A stretch of 64,000 nucleotides of DNA from Hypanus sabinus (Eukaryota): assembly GCF_030144855.1 (NCBI RefSeq), contig NC_082724.1:9362001-9426000 (forward strand), given 5' to 3'. Below, one piece after another: positions 39,060-52,800 of the stretch. Numbering within the stretch: position 1 is the first letter of the stretch; each line of letters begins with the position of its first letter. The translations under genes were made by a program, and so were the position numbers. The notes beneath the pieces were generated by a model that ran no database searches, was not told the origin of the DNA, and was given only the letters and a program-made list of their open reading frames with translations.

Positions 39060-40989
39060 CTGTTAACAGAGGGATAAACTGATAAAGGGAAATGTTTACA
39101 CAGGGACAGGAAGGTGTGCGTGGAATCAAAGATAGTGGTAGAGACAGATACATTAGGGGCGATCAAGAGACTGTTAGGCATATGGATGAAAGATAAATGG
39201 AGGGTTATCTAGGAGGGAAGGATTAGATTGGTCTATGAGTAGGTTAAATAGCCAGCACAACGAGGTGTTATCAACATACAGTGCTTGTCTTGCATAGTGT
39301 TCATACAGATCAGATCATTACACAGCCCACTGAGGAATAAGAAAAATGCAGAATATGGTGTAAAAGCTACCAAAAGAGTACAGTGCAGGTAAATGATAAA
39401 GTGCAAGATGATAATGAGATGGATTGTGAGGTCAAGAGTTCATTTTATGGTCCAAGAGGACCATTTGAGAGTCTAATAATGGTGGGACAGAAGTTGCCCT
39501 TGATGAGCACCCACTGCACAGACTGACCAGAACTGAGAGCACAGAGTCAATCCACCCCACAAAGGTCAGTGGTGGACTTTCTCAGCTTACCCCCACCCCG
39601 TTCTGCCAACCATCCTTCTGGAGACACAAGACACTGCGGATGCTGGAAATGGGAGCGAAGAACAAACTGCTAGAGCAACTCAGGGTGAGGCAGCATTGAG
39701 CGGAAATAACAGTACAGAGAGGTGAGGCAAGGGTTGGCAGCAGATAGGTGGAAACATGTGAGGAGAGAGAGTGAAGGAGTCAGGGGTCAATGGATTGGGG
39801 GGTGATAGGTAGAGATAAATACAGAGGTTTTTCTTTCTCCCTCCACCTTCCTCTAAACCTCTACCTAGCTCCATCTGCCCTTCTTTTTACTCTCTTCTTA
39901 CGTACATGTGATAGTAATAGGATCTCCTCTCATTCTTCAAGCTCTAGAGGTGTCAGTTCCAATCCTTGCACGAGGAGACTACCAGTTCTGGAGCCGATCT
40001 TTGTTACGTTCCCTCTATGCCGAGCACATCTTAGATTTAGGGACCAAAATGTCTATATCTACTCCCACCAAGGTCCAATATGACAAGAGCAAGGAGGTTC
40101 CAATGCAACTCTACAGGGCACTGGTGTGGCCGCACCTAGAGCACTATGTGCAATCTTGTCTCCTTACTTAAAGAAAGACATACTATCTCTCGAGGCAGTG
40201 CAGAGGAGGTTTATCAGGGTGATTCTGGAGATGAAGAGGTAGACTATGAGGAGACATTGACTCACTAGAATTCAGAAGAACAAGAGGGGATTTTTCAGTA
40301 AATATATATATTAAAAAGTTAAATAAGTAGTGCAAAGTGAGATTCAAAAAAATGTAGTGAGGTAGTGTTCTGGATTCATTCAGGAATCAGATGGCAGAGG
40401 GGAAGAAGCTGTTCTCGAATCACTGAGTACAGTATGTGCCTTCAGGCTCCTGTACCACCTCCCTAATGGCAGTAAAGAGATTTTATAGAAACATAAAATC
40501 ATGAAAAGGATATAAAAGACAGAGGCAGTAAAGTAGTTTCAATTGGTAAATGAGACTAAAATCAGGGGACATAGCCTCAAGATTCAGTGGAATAGATTTA
40601 GGATGGAGATGAGGAGAAACTGGTTTTCCCAGAGAGCAGTCAATCTGTGGAATTCTCTGCCCAAGGAAGAAATAGAGGCTCCCTCTTTCACTATATTTAA
40701 TTAACAGTTAGACAGATATTCACATGGCAGGGGGAATTGAGGATTACAGGGAAGAGGCAGGTATGTAGATCTGAGTTCACAACCAGATCAGCCATGATCT
40801 TATTGAATGGTGAAGCAGGTTCAACAGACCAGATGGCCACCTCCTGCTCTTAGTCCTTATGATCTTATGTAATCTCAATAAGACTACCTTACTACTGTAA
40901 TCAAACCCTTTTGTATAAGGTTATTGACTGCTTGATCTTTATCAACTGATGTTGAAACACACCTGAGCCCCTCTGAACATTAATTCCAT

Positions 40990-42310
40990 AAGATTTAGGA
41001 GCAGAATTAGGCTATTTGGTCTATTGAATTTACTCTGCCAATTCATCGTGATTGATACATTTTGCTTTCAACCCCCATCCCTTCATGCCCTGACCAATCA
41101 AGTATCTATCAACTTCTGCCTTAAATATACATAAAGACTTGACCTCCACAGCTGCCAATGGCAATGAATTCTACAAATTCACCACACTCCGGCTAAAGAA
41201 ATTCCTCCTCATCTCCGTCCTAAAAGGACGCCCCTCTATTTTGAAGCTGTGTCCTTTGGTCTTAGACTCTTCCACCACAGGAAACATCCTCTCCACGTCG
41301 ACTCTATCAAGGCCATTCACCATTCAATATACATTTCAATTAGTTCACCCCTCATTCTTTTAAATTCCAGTGAAAAGAGGCCCAGAGCCATCAAATGCTC
41401 TTTATATGACATGCATTTAATCTTGGAATCATTTTCATGAACCTTTGAACCATCTCCAGTTTCAGCAGATCCTTTCCAAGATAAGGGACCCAAAACTGCA
41501 CACAATATTCCAAGTGAAGCCTCACCAGTGCTTTATTAAGTCTCAACATTATATCCTTGCTTTTATATTCTAGTCCTCTTGAAACGAATGCTAACATCAC
41601 ATTTTCCTTCCATACCACAAACTCGATCTGCAAATTAACCTTTAGGAGATCCTGCACAAGGTGTCCCAAATCCCTCAGAAAATAGTCAACCCTTACATTT
41701 ATTATACCAAAGTGCATGACCACACACTTCCCAACACTGTATTCCATCTGCCACTTCTTTGCCCATTCTCCTAACCCAAGTCCTTCTGCAACCTTCCTAT
41801 TTCCTCAAAACTATCTGCCCCTCCACTTACATTCTTATCATCTGCAAACTTTGCAACAAAGCCATCAATTCCATCATTCTAAATCATTGACGCAGAATGT
41901 AAAAAAGAATCAGCCCCATCACAGACCCCTGTGGAAAACCACTAGTCACTGGCAGCCACCCAGAAAAGAATCTCTTTATTCCCACTCTTTGCCTCTTGCC
42001 TATCAACCACTGCTTTATCCATGCGAGAATCTTTCCTGTAATACCATGGGCTTATAACTTGTTACACAGCATCATGTGTGGCACCTTGTCAAAGGCGTTC
42101 TGAAAATCCAAGCAGGCATCAACCGATTCTCCTTTGTCTATTCTGCTTGTTATTTCTTCAAAGAATCCCAACAGATTTGTCAGGCAAGATTTTCCCTTGA
42201 GGAAACCATGCTGACTATGGCCTATTTTATCATGTGCCTCCAAATACCCCGAAACCACATCCTTAGCAATCAACTCCAACATCTTCCAAACTACTGAGGT
42301 CAGACTAACC
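40990..42310 (-). mobile_element. 5'-truncated CR1 LINE (RT C-terminal half and 3'UTR)
   Basis: SQHGFLKGKSCLTNL, DFQNAFDKVPH and HLEYCVQFW peptides. Confidence 0.85.
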
Positions 42311-44299
42311 GATCACTCTGCTATTTCCTTATTCCTCATTATAAATTTGTCCTTGCTTCTCTTTTTCTGCAAATAGTTACTGCAGTTCTTTTTTTAATGT
42401 TTCTGCCTATTCCTTCATAGCTATCAAATCATCCTGCATGAAGGGGTGGAGAAAACTCTCTACCAAAGGAGGTGTAAGGTGCTACTTCCCTCCGCTAGCC
42501 CCCAAGTTACCCTTGGACAAAGTGTAGCAGTTGCTTAGCCCCAATCAGGGTTACAAGGGAGCAGGAGGTGGATAGTTGTATGAGCAGCCGGTGCATACCA
42601 TAAAACCTGGTTATGCGACCACTGACGGCAGACAGACAATCTCTGGAGTATTGATTATGGTTGAGGTCATCCCTGTTGTAAAGACACTGCCCAGAAGGTG
42701 GTAATGGCAAACCACTTCTGTAAAAAAATTTGCCAAGAACAGTCATGGTAATTGAAAGGCCAATGATAGACCACATCACACAACACAGTACATATCGAAC
42801 GAATGATCAAATCATCCATAACTATTCAATTAAAATTACCCAAGATTTTCAAATCTTGGTGAGTTAACCAGAGCTCACGTTAATATTGAGTTTTATCCTT
42901 CCCATAATTCAGAAGCTTCCAATTCTAATTTCACTCCCTCTTCCACTGTCTCTCCTGTCAGCTTTCCCCCTCCCCTTCAGCTCTCTGGGTAGGGTGCTTG
43001 TATCTCCCCATACCATTCACCACTTCACAGTGACTTTTATGCTTGGGAAGGAGAAGGCCATGAAAGATTTCCATTTGTGCATTTTTCACGATCTGTGGAC
43101 ATCCCGTGGCACAATACAGCCAATGAATTAGTCAAAATGCAAGCATGGCTGAACTGTATATCCAATTTCAGAACAACATGCTCCCACGAGCAATGGAGTT
43201 AAGCACATAATCTACAATTCCCTGTGAAGGTGACAGATAAATATTATCCAGGATAGCCACAAGATCCCAGTGTATTAAGGGATTCTTTACTCCTCATGAG
43301 ATGGTAATAAAAGACTTGGTCTAAAAACCAAAGTTTAAAAAGCAGCTCTGGCTTTGCTGCACACTCTCAGCACTTTAATTATAAGAAAGGGATTTACATA
43401 ACTAGATCTCTGGCAGAGATCGCACAACTTTCTAACTTGAGACTTAAGTGTCATAAAGAAGTACAGCACAGAAACAGGCCCTTCGGCCCATCTAGTAATT
43501 GCCAAAACAGTCTAAACTGCCTATTCCCATCGACTTGTACCCACACCATAGCTGTCCATACCCCTACTATTCATGTACCTATCCAAACTTGTCTTAAAAC
43601 ATTGAAATCAAGTTTGCATGCACCACCTGCACTGGCAGCTCATTCCACACTCTTGTGACCCTCTGAATGAAGTTTCCCAACATGTTTCCCTTAAATTTTT
43701 CACCTTTCACTCTTAACCCACCCTCAGTGCTTGCATTTACCCTTATAATTTTGTATACCTCTATCAAATCTCCCCTCAATCTTCTACCTTCCAAGGGATA
43801 ATGTCCAAGGGATATTCACTCTTTCCATGTAACTTAGATCCTCCAGACCAGGCACTTCTACCCACTGAATCAGAATCAGGTTCATTATCGCAAACGTGTG
43901 TCATGAAATGTGTTGGGTTTTTTGGCAACAGTGGAGTGCAAAGACTGTAAGTTTCTATAACTTACAATAGATAGTGGGATTGTTCATGGGTGCATGGACT
44001 GTTCAGAAATCTGATGGCAGAGGGGAATAAAGCTGTTCCTAAAAACATTGAGCGTGGGTCATCAGGCTCCTGTACCTCCTCCCTAACAGGATTCTGCAGA
44101 TGCCAGAAATCTTGAACAGTACACACAGAATACTGGAGGAACTCAGCAGGATCAACGGAGAGAAATGATGAAAGGACTCGGCCCTAAACATCTGCTGCCC
44201 ACTTCCCTCCACAGACGCTGCCCGACCCACTGAGTCTCCCCGGCTGACTGTGTGTTCCGGATCCACAACCTGCATCTGTACTGCAGTTTTTTTTTAATA

Positions 44300-44990
44300 T
44301 ATAGAGCAAGCAGCGTTCGCAGACGTCGTTAAAAGAGTCAGCGTTGAACCGCAGGAGAGTTACCTGAGAGGATGAAGTCGCCCACGAACTGTAAAGCGGT
44401 GACGGGCGCCAGCAGCGACACCGACTCGCACTCCATGCCGGCCTCGGCCCCCCCCCCCACGTGGGACCTTTCGGCCAATCACAGACCGCAAGACGGCGAC
44501 AGCCCGTCCCCACGTGCGCCCTTCAGACCAGTCACAGCTCGCGACACTGGAACTGCCGCTTGAACGGAGTTCTGCCCGAACAAACCCTGCCGCTATTGGT
44601 GGCTCCGTTGCCACAAGCGTTGCTAGGCTCTTCTTTCCCGCGGAGAGAGTCAGGTGAAGCGCATGTTACTGGGGAAACATGGGGAATCGTGTGGAGCACA
44701 GGGAGTTTGTGAAAGCACGGGGAATGGGCCAACAGCACAGCGAGTCGGGGGAAACACAGGGGTTCAGGAAAACAAGGGAATTGAAAACAGCAAACGGGGA
44801 AAACACTTCAAGACTGTATGTGTGTTAATTGCTGATAAACTTTTGGAGCAATCATTACAGGAGTGAGGACTCATCATATAAGTATAACGAATCCGCAGGG
44901 TCGCCGGCAGCGGCAATTGTTTTGGTTTGGCTTGTTCGCTACAGTCAAGTGGATAACTAAAGACAATTTCCCAATGCGGCAATCGCTAAT
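44300..44990 (-). promoter_or_regulatory. CpG-island promoter of WDR6 with two E-boxes (CACGTG 44458-44463, 44511-44516) and a CCAAT box (44475-44479)
   Basis: Dense CpG compared with CpG-depleted flanks; surrounds exon 1; motifs read directly from the sequence. Confidence 0.8.
44364..44436 (-). CDS. WDR6: WDR6 coding exon 1 (MECESVSLLAPVTALQFVGDFILS-G)
   Basis: ATG at 44436 in a CpG island; 73 nt ending at a G|gtaac donor (phase 1); peptide resembles the WDR6 N-terminus (LLPVTxLxxVGDxLLxGEG) and joins exon 2 in frame. Confidence 0.9.
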
Positions 44991-46799
44991 TGAGAGGGCA
45001 CTATTTTAAAGTGATTGGAGGAAAATGTAGGAGGAATGTCAGAGATAGGGTTTTATACGGAGAGTGGTAGGTGCTGCCAGGGATGGTGTTAGAGGCAGAT
45101 TTATTAGGGACATTTAAAAGAATTAGGTAAACACGTAGTGAAAGAAACGGAGGGCTACGTGGGAGGGTTTAGATTGATCTTGGAGTAGTTTAAAAGATCA
45201 GCACGACATCTTGGACCTAAGGGCTTGTATAGGATCGTTCTACTTTTTAAAACAGCAGGGGCTGGGGGAGTAGATGTCTCTGATAAAGTAAAATCCCTAC
45301 AAGCAGATGCAATCACCACGTTTAAAAAGTGTTTAGACAGATGATTGTATAGGAAGGGTTAAGGGATAGGGGGCAGATGGGATTAGTGTAGAAGGTTGCT
45401 ATGTTTAGTAGCTTCAACACAGTAACCTAATTCGGCATGAACTAGTAAAATAACAAGCAAAGATCGGAGCCCTGGTACAGCGTCCCGACCCGAAATGTCA
45501 ACCAGCCCTCTATCTCTACAGATTCTGTTCCAGCTGTAGACTGGAGTGTCATCGGCTATGAAAACTCCTACAAAAAGTATTGGATATGACACAGGAGTCC
45601 GAAATGAAGATCTAACTTAAGTTGCTGCTTATGTGTGATTCTCTGGCTTTGTTAGCATATGTTTAGTGTTTCTGCTTTTGTTCGTGTTAAATAAAAAAAA
45701 TTTAAAAAATTAAAACTTTATACATGTAACCCTAATGAATTATTTAAACGAACAAGTATGCCTAATCAAACAATATATGTGCAAGATTACGCAAACATTA
45801 TTAAAATAGTAAATACACAACAAAAGGCATTGCAGTGGTTAGAGATGAGATAGGGTGTTTCTGTGCCGTACTCTCTGACAACACAGTAATTAACAAATAT
45901 CTATAGATCTCAGCTTTAAAACCTTCAGTCTTCAACAGTATTCAAGCTAAGGTGCAGATGTTACTGGTGGGTAGTGATCATTTTGGGGATATGATTTCCC
46001 ATTCTTGTTGGGTGTCAAAAGTCACCATATATTGACAGACTGAATCCAGTTTCTAATTTCTTATACATGTTGTTAACAGTGCATTTAGTAACAGATCACG
46101 CTCCCAAATGGTGAACTTTTAAACTTTTGTCTTCAGTGCTCTCTGCATGGACAGAAAAACAGAGCAACATCCTAGTTCACTTAAACAAAAGCCCAGATTC
46201 TTCTGTTATGAGCCTTTGGGTTGAGAGGTCTCAAAAAATCGAGCTCATGAAATAGTAAAATAATGAGCAAAGATTGGAGCCCTGGTAAAGCATCTCGACC
46301 CGAAGTGTCAACCAGTCTTCTATCTCTACAGATTCTGTTCCAGCGGTAGACTGGGGTGACATTGGCTTTGAAAAACCCTACAAAAAGTAGTGGATATGGC
46401 CCAGTCCATCACCGGTAAAGTCCGTCCCACCAATGAGCACATCCACACAAAGTGTTTTCGCAGAAAAGCAACATCCATCATCGGGGACCCCCACTACCCA
46501 GCTCATGATCTTTTCTCGCTGATGCCATCAGGAAGAAGGTACAGGAGCCTCAGGATCCACACCATCAGGTTCAGGAACAGTTATTACCCCTCAACCATTG
46601 GCTCTTGAACCAAACTTCACTTGCCTCATTACTTAAATGTTCTCACAACCTAGGGACTTTGTACTTGCACAGTTTATTGCCTTTTGCATGCTCAAACGAC
46701 AGCTTCTTCCTTTCTGTCATCAGATTTCTGAGTGAGCATTGAACCCATGAACACGATCTCACTACTTTTTTGCACTACTTATTAAAGTTAACTTATTTA

Positions 46800-47990
46800 T
46801 ATATATTTTCCTTTATGGCTGGTGTGTATCTGCACTTTCCCTTCAATTTTGGTCCTCTGCCAGAGGCCTTGAGAGTTTGGCACAATATCCTTGCTGTTCC
46901 TAGTAATATGCTCTTCTGGACTGAGATCTCAGCTTGTTGGAGCCACTCTCCCAGACCAGGTGTCACAGCTCCAAGTGCTCCTATCACCACCAGGATTACT
47001 CTGGCTTTAACCTTCCACATCCTTTCTATCTGCTCTTCCAAACCCTGGCATTTCTCCAGCTTCTCATATTCTTTCTTCCTGATGTTACTGGCATCCGGGA
47101 TTGCCACATCTATTACTATTGCTTTCTTCTGTTCTTTGTCCAGTATTACTGTGTCTGGTTGGTTGGCCAGTACCTGCTCATCAGTCTGGATTTGAAAGTC
47201 CCACAGGATCTTAGCTCTGGCATTCTCCACTATCATCTCGGGTGTTTCCCCATTTGGACTTGGACGTGTCCGATCCACACTCAGCACAGGTGTTCCTGTA
47301 CACAATTCCTGCAACTCTGTTGTACTGTTCAGTGTGTGCTGTCCCTGCCTGCATCTTGCACCCTGCTACTATGTGCTGAATGGTTTCAGCAGATCCCTTG
47401 CAGTCTGCATCCTGGGTCTTGTCTGGTGTGATAGACCTCTGCTTCTATTGTTCTTGTGCTCAGTGTCTGTACTTGTGCAGCCATGAACAGTGCCTCTGTG
47501 CTGTCCCTCAGTCCTGCCATTTCCAGCCATTGGTTGGACTTTCTTATGTCAGCCATCTCTGATATCTGGCAATTGTACATTCTGTGCAGTGGCTTGTCCT
47601 ACCATGGTCTCTGGTCCTCTGGCTCCGCTTCACCCACTTCCATTTCTATATCCCTGCCTGCTGTCTGAGGTACTCTCCTAGCGGTTCGTCCTTGGGAGCC
47701 ATCTTCCTGACATACTCATGGATGTTTTGCATTTCTTCCAGAACTGTGGCTTTGACACTTCCAAGTCCCTATCCTTCTTTATTCCAGCGAGTATACAGTC
47801 ACTCAACATTGGACTTTGAATGGAATACTCTATGGATTGTTAGTAGTTTCTGGATCTTGATGACAGTGGCTTCGAGTTCGTTCCTTGGCCAGCACACTAT
47901 TGTGGCTGGGTATCTGATGACTGTAGGGTTAATGTGATGTGTTGATGGCTCTGATCTTGTTCTTCCCATTCAGCTGACGTTTTAGAACCT
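46800..47990 (-). mobile_element. R4/Dong-clade (Rex6-like) non-LTR element 3' fragment with restriction-like endonuclease
   Basis: CRL..ETIQHIVAGC knuckle; ILWDFQIQTD..NQPD..IDVAIP..EKLEK PD-(D/E)xK-type endonuclease motifs. Confidence 0.8.
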
Positions 47991-48135
47991 ATATATATGT
48001 AAGTTCGTGCAGTCTTTCGTCGATTCTATTATGGTTATTATTCTATTATGCCTTTATTGAATATGTCCACAAGAAAAGAAATCTCAGTGTTGTACATGGT
48101 GAGATATATGTACTGTGATAATAAATTTACTTTTA

Positions 48136-48286
48136 ACTTTGAAAGGACCAAGTTCACAATGAGAATACAGGCTTCGGTGTAGTTTGCAAATCCTGCTCCA
48201 GGTTTGATAATTAATTTACTTTGAATGGACCAAGTTCACTATGAGTGTGGGCCTTGGTGTAGATTGGAAATCCTGCCCCAGGTTTG
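48136..48286. repeat. Diverged tandem duplication, period about 82 bp
   Basis: actttgaa.ggaccaagttcac.atgag...aaatcctgc.ccaggtttg at 48136 and 48218. Confidence 0.8.
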
Positions 48287-48715
48287 TGCTGAAATTATTT
48301 TTATTCATTTACAAGAAATAGGTGTCACTAGCAAGGCCAGCATTTGTTGGGTGTTCCTACTTCTGCCTTGAGAAGATGGCGGTGGTCCACCTTATTAAAC
48401 ACTTCACTGCAGTGAAGGGACTTGCACATGATGAGATTTTGTAGATGCTGGAAATACGGAATAACAAAGAATTGAGAAGAATTTAGCAGGTCAGGCAGCA
48501 TCAATAGGGAGGAATAAACCCTCCCATCCACTCTACAATCACTTTGATCCCCTACCATCAGTACGAGGTACCATAGCATTTAGACAAAAGCTGTCAGGAT
48601 GCCACACAGCTTCTCCTCCCAGGCTGTAAGACTACTGAATACCCTGCTACCACTCAGGTCTCATCACTTAGTAAGCAACAGTAGCATTATACTATTTACT
48701 TTTTAACTTGTGTTG

Positions 48716-48995
48716 TAAGTTCGAGGCCTAAGGTAGAAAGAGTCAATTTTATAAAACCTAGCACATTTATTTTTCCTACATTTACACACTTAGTCCAGCG
48801 GTTTTGGAGCATACGGATCCTTCTTTGTAGAAGTCGGTGTCTTGGACCTCCAGAAAGTGTCCACAGCATAGGATGATTGATAAGTTCCTGGCCTAAGGTT
48901 AAAAAGAGATGAGTCATACAGCTCTCATTACATGCTCGTGCAGTTCAACTCTTTGAGTGATTATGCAGAAAGTTTGAAGTTAATAACTCATCTCC
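48716..48995 (-). mobile_element. Mariner transposase C-terminal relic
   Basis: IRMLQNRWTKCVNVG matches the mariner C-terminal pattern GI..L..RW.KC; duplicated ggcctaagg subterminal motif. Confidence 0.6.
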
Positions 48996-49728
48996 TTGTA
49001 CATCAATCTTCTGGAATATATTTATTTGTGGTAATATTACTTTATGTGTTGTGTGTGAGTTATACATACTGTGCTGTGCACATTTTTTCATTTGGCCATT
49101 TACATGTACAGTATATGGTTGAATGACAATAAACTTGAACCAAACAAGTTGAAATTTTGGGCCGAGAACTTCATCCGTTTGTGAGGTGGTCAAGAAGTAG
49201 GAAATCTAGAAATCTGTAACTGGGAAAGATAAATGAACAGAATCCAAGCAATATCAGTTTAAAACTTTTATTTTGATTATTGTTGGTGAGGATTCCACAG
49301 CAGTTCTCAAGTCAACACAGAGACAGGCAGACAGAATACAATACACATGCAGTACAGACAAGAAACATGTTGCTCTATTCAGAACAAGCTGACACATGTT
49401 ACCTGAGTAACCCAAGAGAATCTTGGGGGAAATCGAGTGCAAGAGCTACAAATTAAATAATAAAGACATTGGGAAGATTCCCTGCTACAAAATACATTCC
49501 TGAAGAATACAAATTAAATATAAAGGATTAAAACATTATCACACTTTAATAAATAATTCAGCATCTCAAACAATGGGTGGAACTGTATAAATATTAGAAC
49601 TGACTTCTTTAAAACAATATTCAAAGATAATGAGATAAATATGATAAATCAATTCAAAATATAAGGTGTGACTTTCTTAAAATGTACTAAATAAATATAC
49701 AATCTATCACTGGGCATTAAATTTTGAC

Positions 49729-49800
49729 ATTGCTTTTAAATAGAATTTAATTTATTTTATAACAATTGCTTTTAAATAGAATTTAATTTAATTTATAACA
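49729..49800. repeat. 36-bp tandem duplication, 2 copies, 1 mismatch
   Basis: attgcttttaaatagaatttaattta(t/a)tttataaca repeated twice. Confidence 0.9.
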
Positions 49801-52800
49801 ATCAAGAAAACCTGTGATTTAAACAAATTGCAAAAGTTCAGATTGATGACTGGAGAGGTTGTTCTCCTTACTGCGGATAATGTCAAGGAGATTTTTAGGG
49901 TGTTGAGAATGATGAGAAGTTGTGTTAATAGGGATGAACTGTTTTAACATGTTAAATTTTTTCCCCAAGATGGCGTCGGTGAACCATGTTGCAGGCTGCC
50001 TACAAAACTTCTAAATATATTGTACCTCTTCTGAATGACTCTCGCTACAATCTGCAGCCTGGAATTTCCCTTTAAGCCTTTGCACAACGGATGTTTGTCT
50101 GGCCTGTTGGGTACAGTCTTTCATTCATTCTATTGTGTTTCTTTTTATTTACTCTGTTTGCCCACAAGAAAATAAATCCCAGGGTTATATATGATGACAT
50201 ATACGTACTTTGATAATAAATTTACTTGAACCTTGAATTTTGGATGAGCAAACAGAGGCTGTCAATGCAAAGTATTTGGCAAAAGAAACAGAACAAAGGT
50301 GGAACTTAGTAAATTTTTTTCATTTTTCATTTATAGGTACAGCATGGTAACAGGCCTTTCTGGACCAACAAGCCCATGCCACCCATGTGACTAATTAACC
50401 TATTAACCTGTACATCTTTGGAATGTGTGAGGAACCTTACATGATCATGGGAAGAAGGTACAAACTCCTTACAGATAGCAGAAAGAATTGAACCCTGGTC
50501 ACTAGCACTGTAAAGCAATGCGCTAACCACTATACTACAGTGCCACCCCCAGTACAAAACAGCAGTAATTTTACATACAGAGTAAACTGTAAATGCCTAA
50601 AGGGGAGAAGAAACTGTCTCACAATAAAGACAATCGGCAACCGGTCTTATGATTGACACAAGAATATTAGACCAAGTAACATCCCTCATTGCTCAGTGAT
50701 TCCATGCAGAAATGAGAAATGGGACTGAAATTGCCAAGTGCTCTTTTGTTTGCATGCTATTGTACAAATGTAAAGAGTAATGCATGGAGTTGTTGCATGC
50801 TAGTCACAGCAGTCGCCACAATGCACCTGTGACTACTATGTGGGATGTCCAGCTTTGACTCAGAACCACCATTGTGCAGTAAACCAGATACACTAACCGT
50901 ACCACTTTCCCTGTAAAATAAACAAAACACACAACAAACAAATTCACCCAGGGCTCAGTGGACAAATCCATTGTGTTAGATGTTAGGAGATGCAAACGCA
51001 AAGCCCATGTACCGATTCCTAGGCTCAGCAGAGTATAATCAGACTGGCAATTGATGAGTTTTAATGTCCCGGGCTTGTGTGAAGGAGTGAAGAGAGGAAA
51101 AGGGGTAACATAACTTATGATTGCTTGTGTTCATGTATTTGTATAAAGCAGGAGACCCAACCTTATTTATGGCATGGACCCCAGATTGGGAGCCACTAGT
51201 TTAAGGGATGAAGGATCAAGCTTCGTGGTGATGCCCTCCTTTGCTGAAAAGACCATAAGCTCACCTAAGAAACAACAACTTTCTTTCAAATTTTTCCTGT
51301 CCCTATATACCCTGTGAATCATGGCTCTCTTTGGCTATCAGATCCATTTTATACTGTTGTAATCTCCATTTACAACAGTATAAGAACACATTTACAACAC
51401 ATGAAGAACCACAGGGAGCTGAGTATGTTGAATGATATAGCTTCTGCTGGGCGGCTTCAGGAGAGGAAGACTGAGCGGAATGGGTTTGAGGGGGAATAGT
51501 AAGTCAGTCGTGAGGGAATAGTGGAACCGACTTGATATAGCCTTCAGTTACCTTGAACATTTAGGCTATTTACAAATGACTGAAATTGGGCTTTAACATC
51601 TCTGTACAAACTTATAAAGTTTCATTGTAGACTGTAACAGCACAATTCTGCAGCCAATAACGCTGTGTGATTATGGTGTTCTTGAAAATTAGTCAGTAAA
51701 CAACAGATCTTTGTGGTGCTGGGTTATGATCACCTGGAATGTCCTGGCCAACCTCATCCAATGTAGATGAACCTGTCCTAGGGCAAAAAGAGGAAAACAG
51801 GGCCGCATTTCCCACTCTTGATCACTAATTAGTCAAAAATGCATGGATCATGGGCAAGGGCCAATGTAGGATGCAGAAACGTGCTCAAACAAAGGCTGGC
51901 ATCTAGTGTGGATTTCAAATAGCCAAAAAAATCATATATAAGAGGTTCAACATTTTAACAACAGCCCCAAAATCCTAGAATATTTATTGAAAATGGCTTT
52001 GTATCACAGGAGGTGCTCCAACATCAGTAGCAGGTATAATATTTTTTCAACAGATCTTTAGGCAGGGTTAGTAAGAAGGGAAGTACCTACATATGTTTTG
52101 AATAATCTACAGTTTTACTGACTATAAGTGTTCCATATTTAGATGCCATTGGTGCATTACAGTCTGTGAATTGGAGATTCTTCACATTTAGAAACTCTAA
52201 CTTCCTATTATACAGTCTAGAGTATATTGCGAGAGGGGAGGGATTGATTAATCGAAGTAGGTTAAAAGGTCGGCACAACATTGTAGGTTGAAGGGCCTGT
52301 ACTGTGCTGTAATGATCACACGCTCAGATTAATGGATAATTTTTCAATCGGTAAGCACGTGGTTGTACAGAGTTAACAGATGTCATCTAGGGCAATAACT
52401 GGAAGAACATTTGGCCTCCGTTCAAGCACACCCCCATCATTTCACCAACCAGCATCACTTTCAGGTCTGTTAAGGAAATATACCTGCTGCTGATGTGCTT
52501 TGGTTGTTAGAATACCTGTGCAATAAAACCAGCAAGTCTTTTTATTGAATACTTACTATTTACCATTGAGGAATTCAGGGCCAATAAGTATTCTTATTGA
52601 ATACTTATTGGTCTTGAAGAAGGGTTTTGGCCTGAAACATCAACTGTTTATTCATTTCCATAGATGCTACCTGACCTGCTAAATTCCTCCAACATTTTGT
52701 GTGTGTTGCTTTGGAAATTCTGGGATTGGTTTTGTATGGTTGTGTCTCTTGCTTATACATTTCCAATGGGGAGAGAAGCAGCAAGTTTCCTATTGTTCAG

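Noticed and set aside
44458-44516. ER stress element (CCAAT-N9-CCACG)
   Set aside because: Orientation and spacing of the CCAAT and CCACG motifs do not fit
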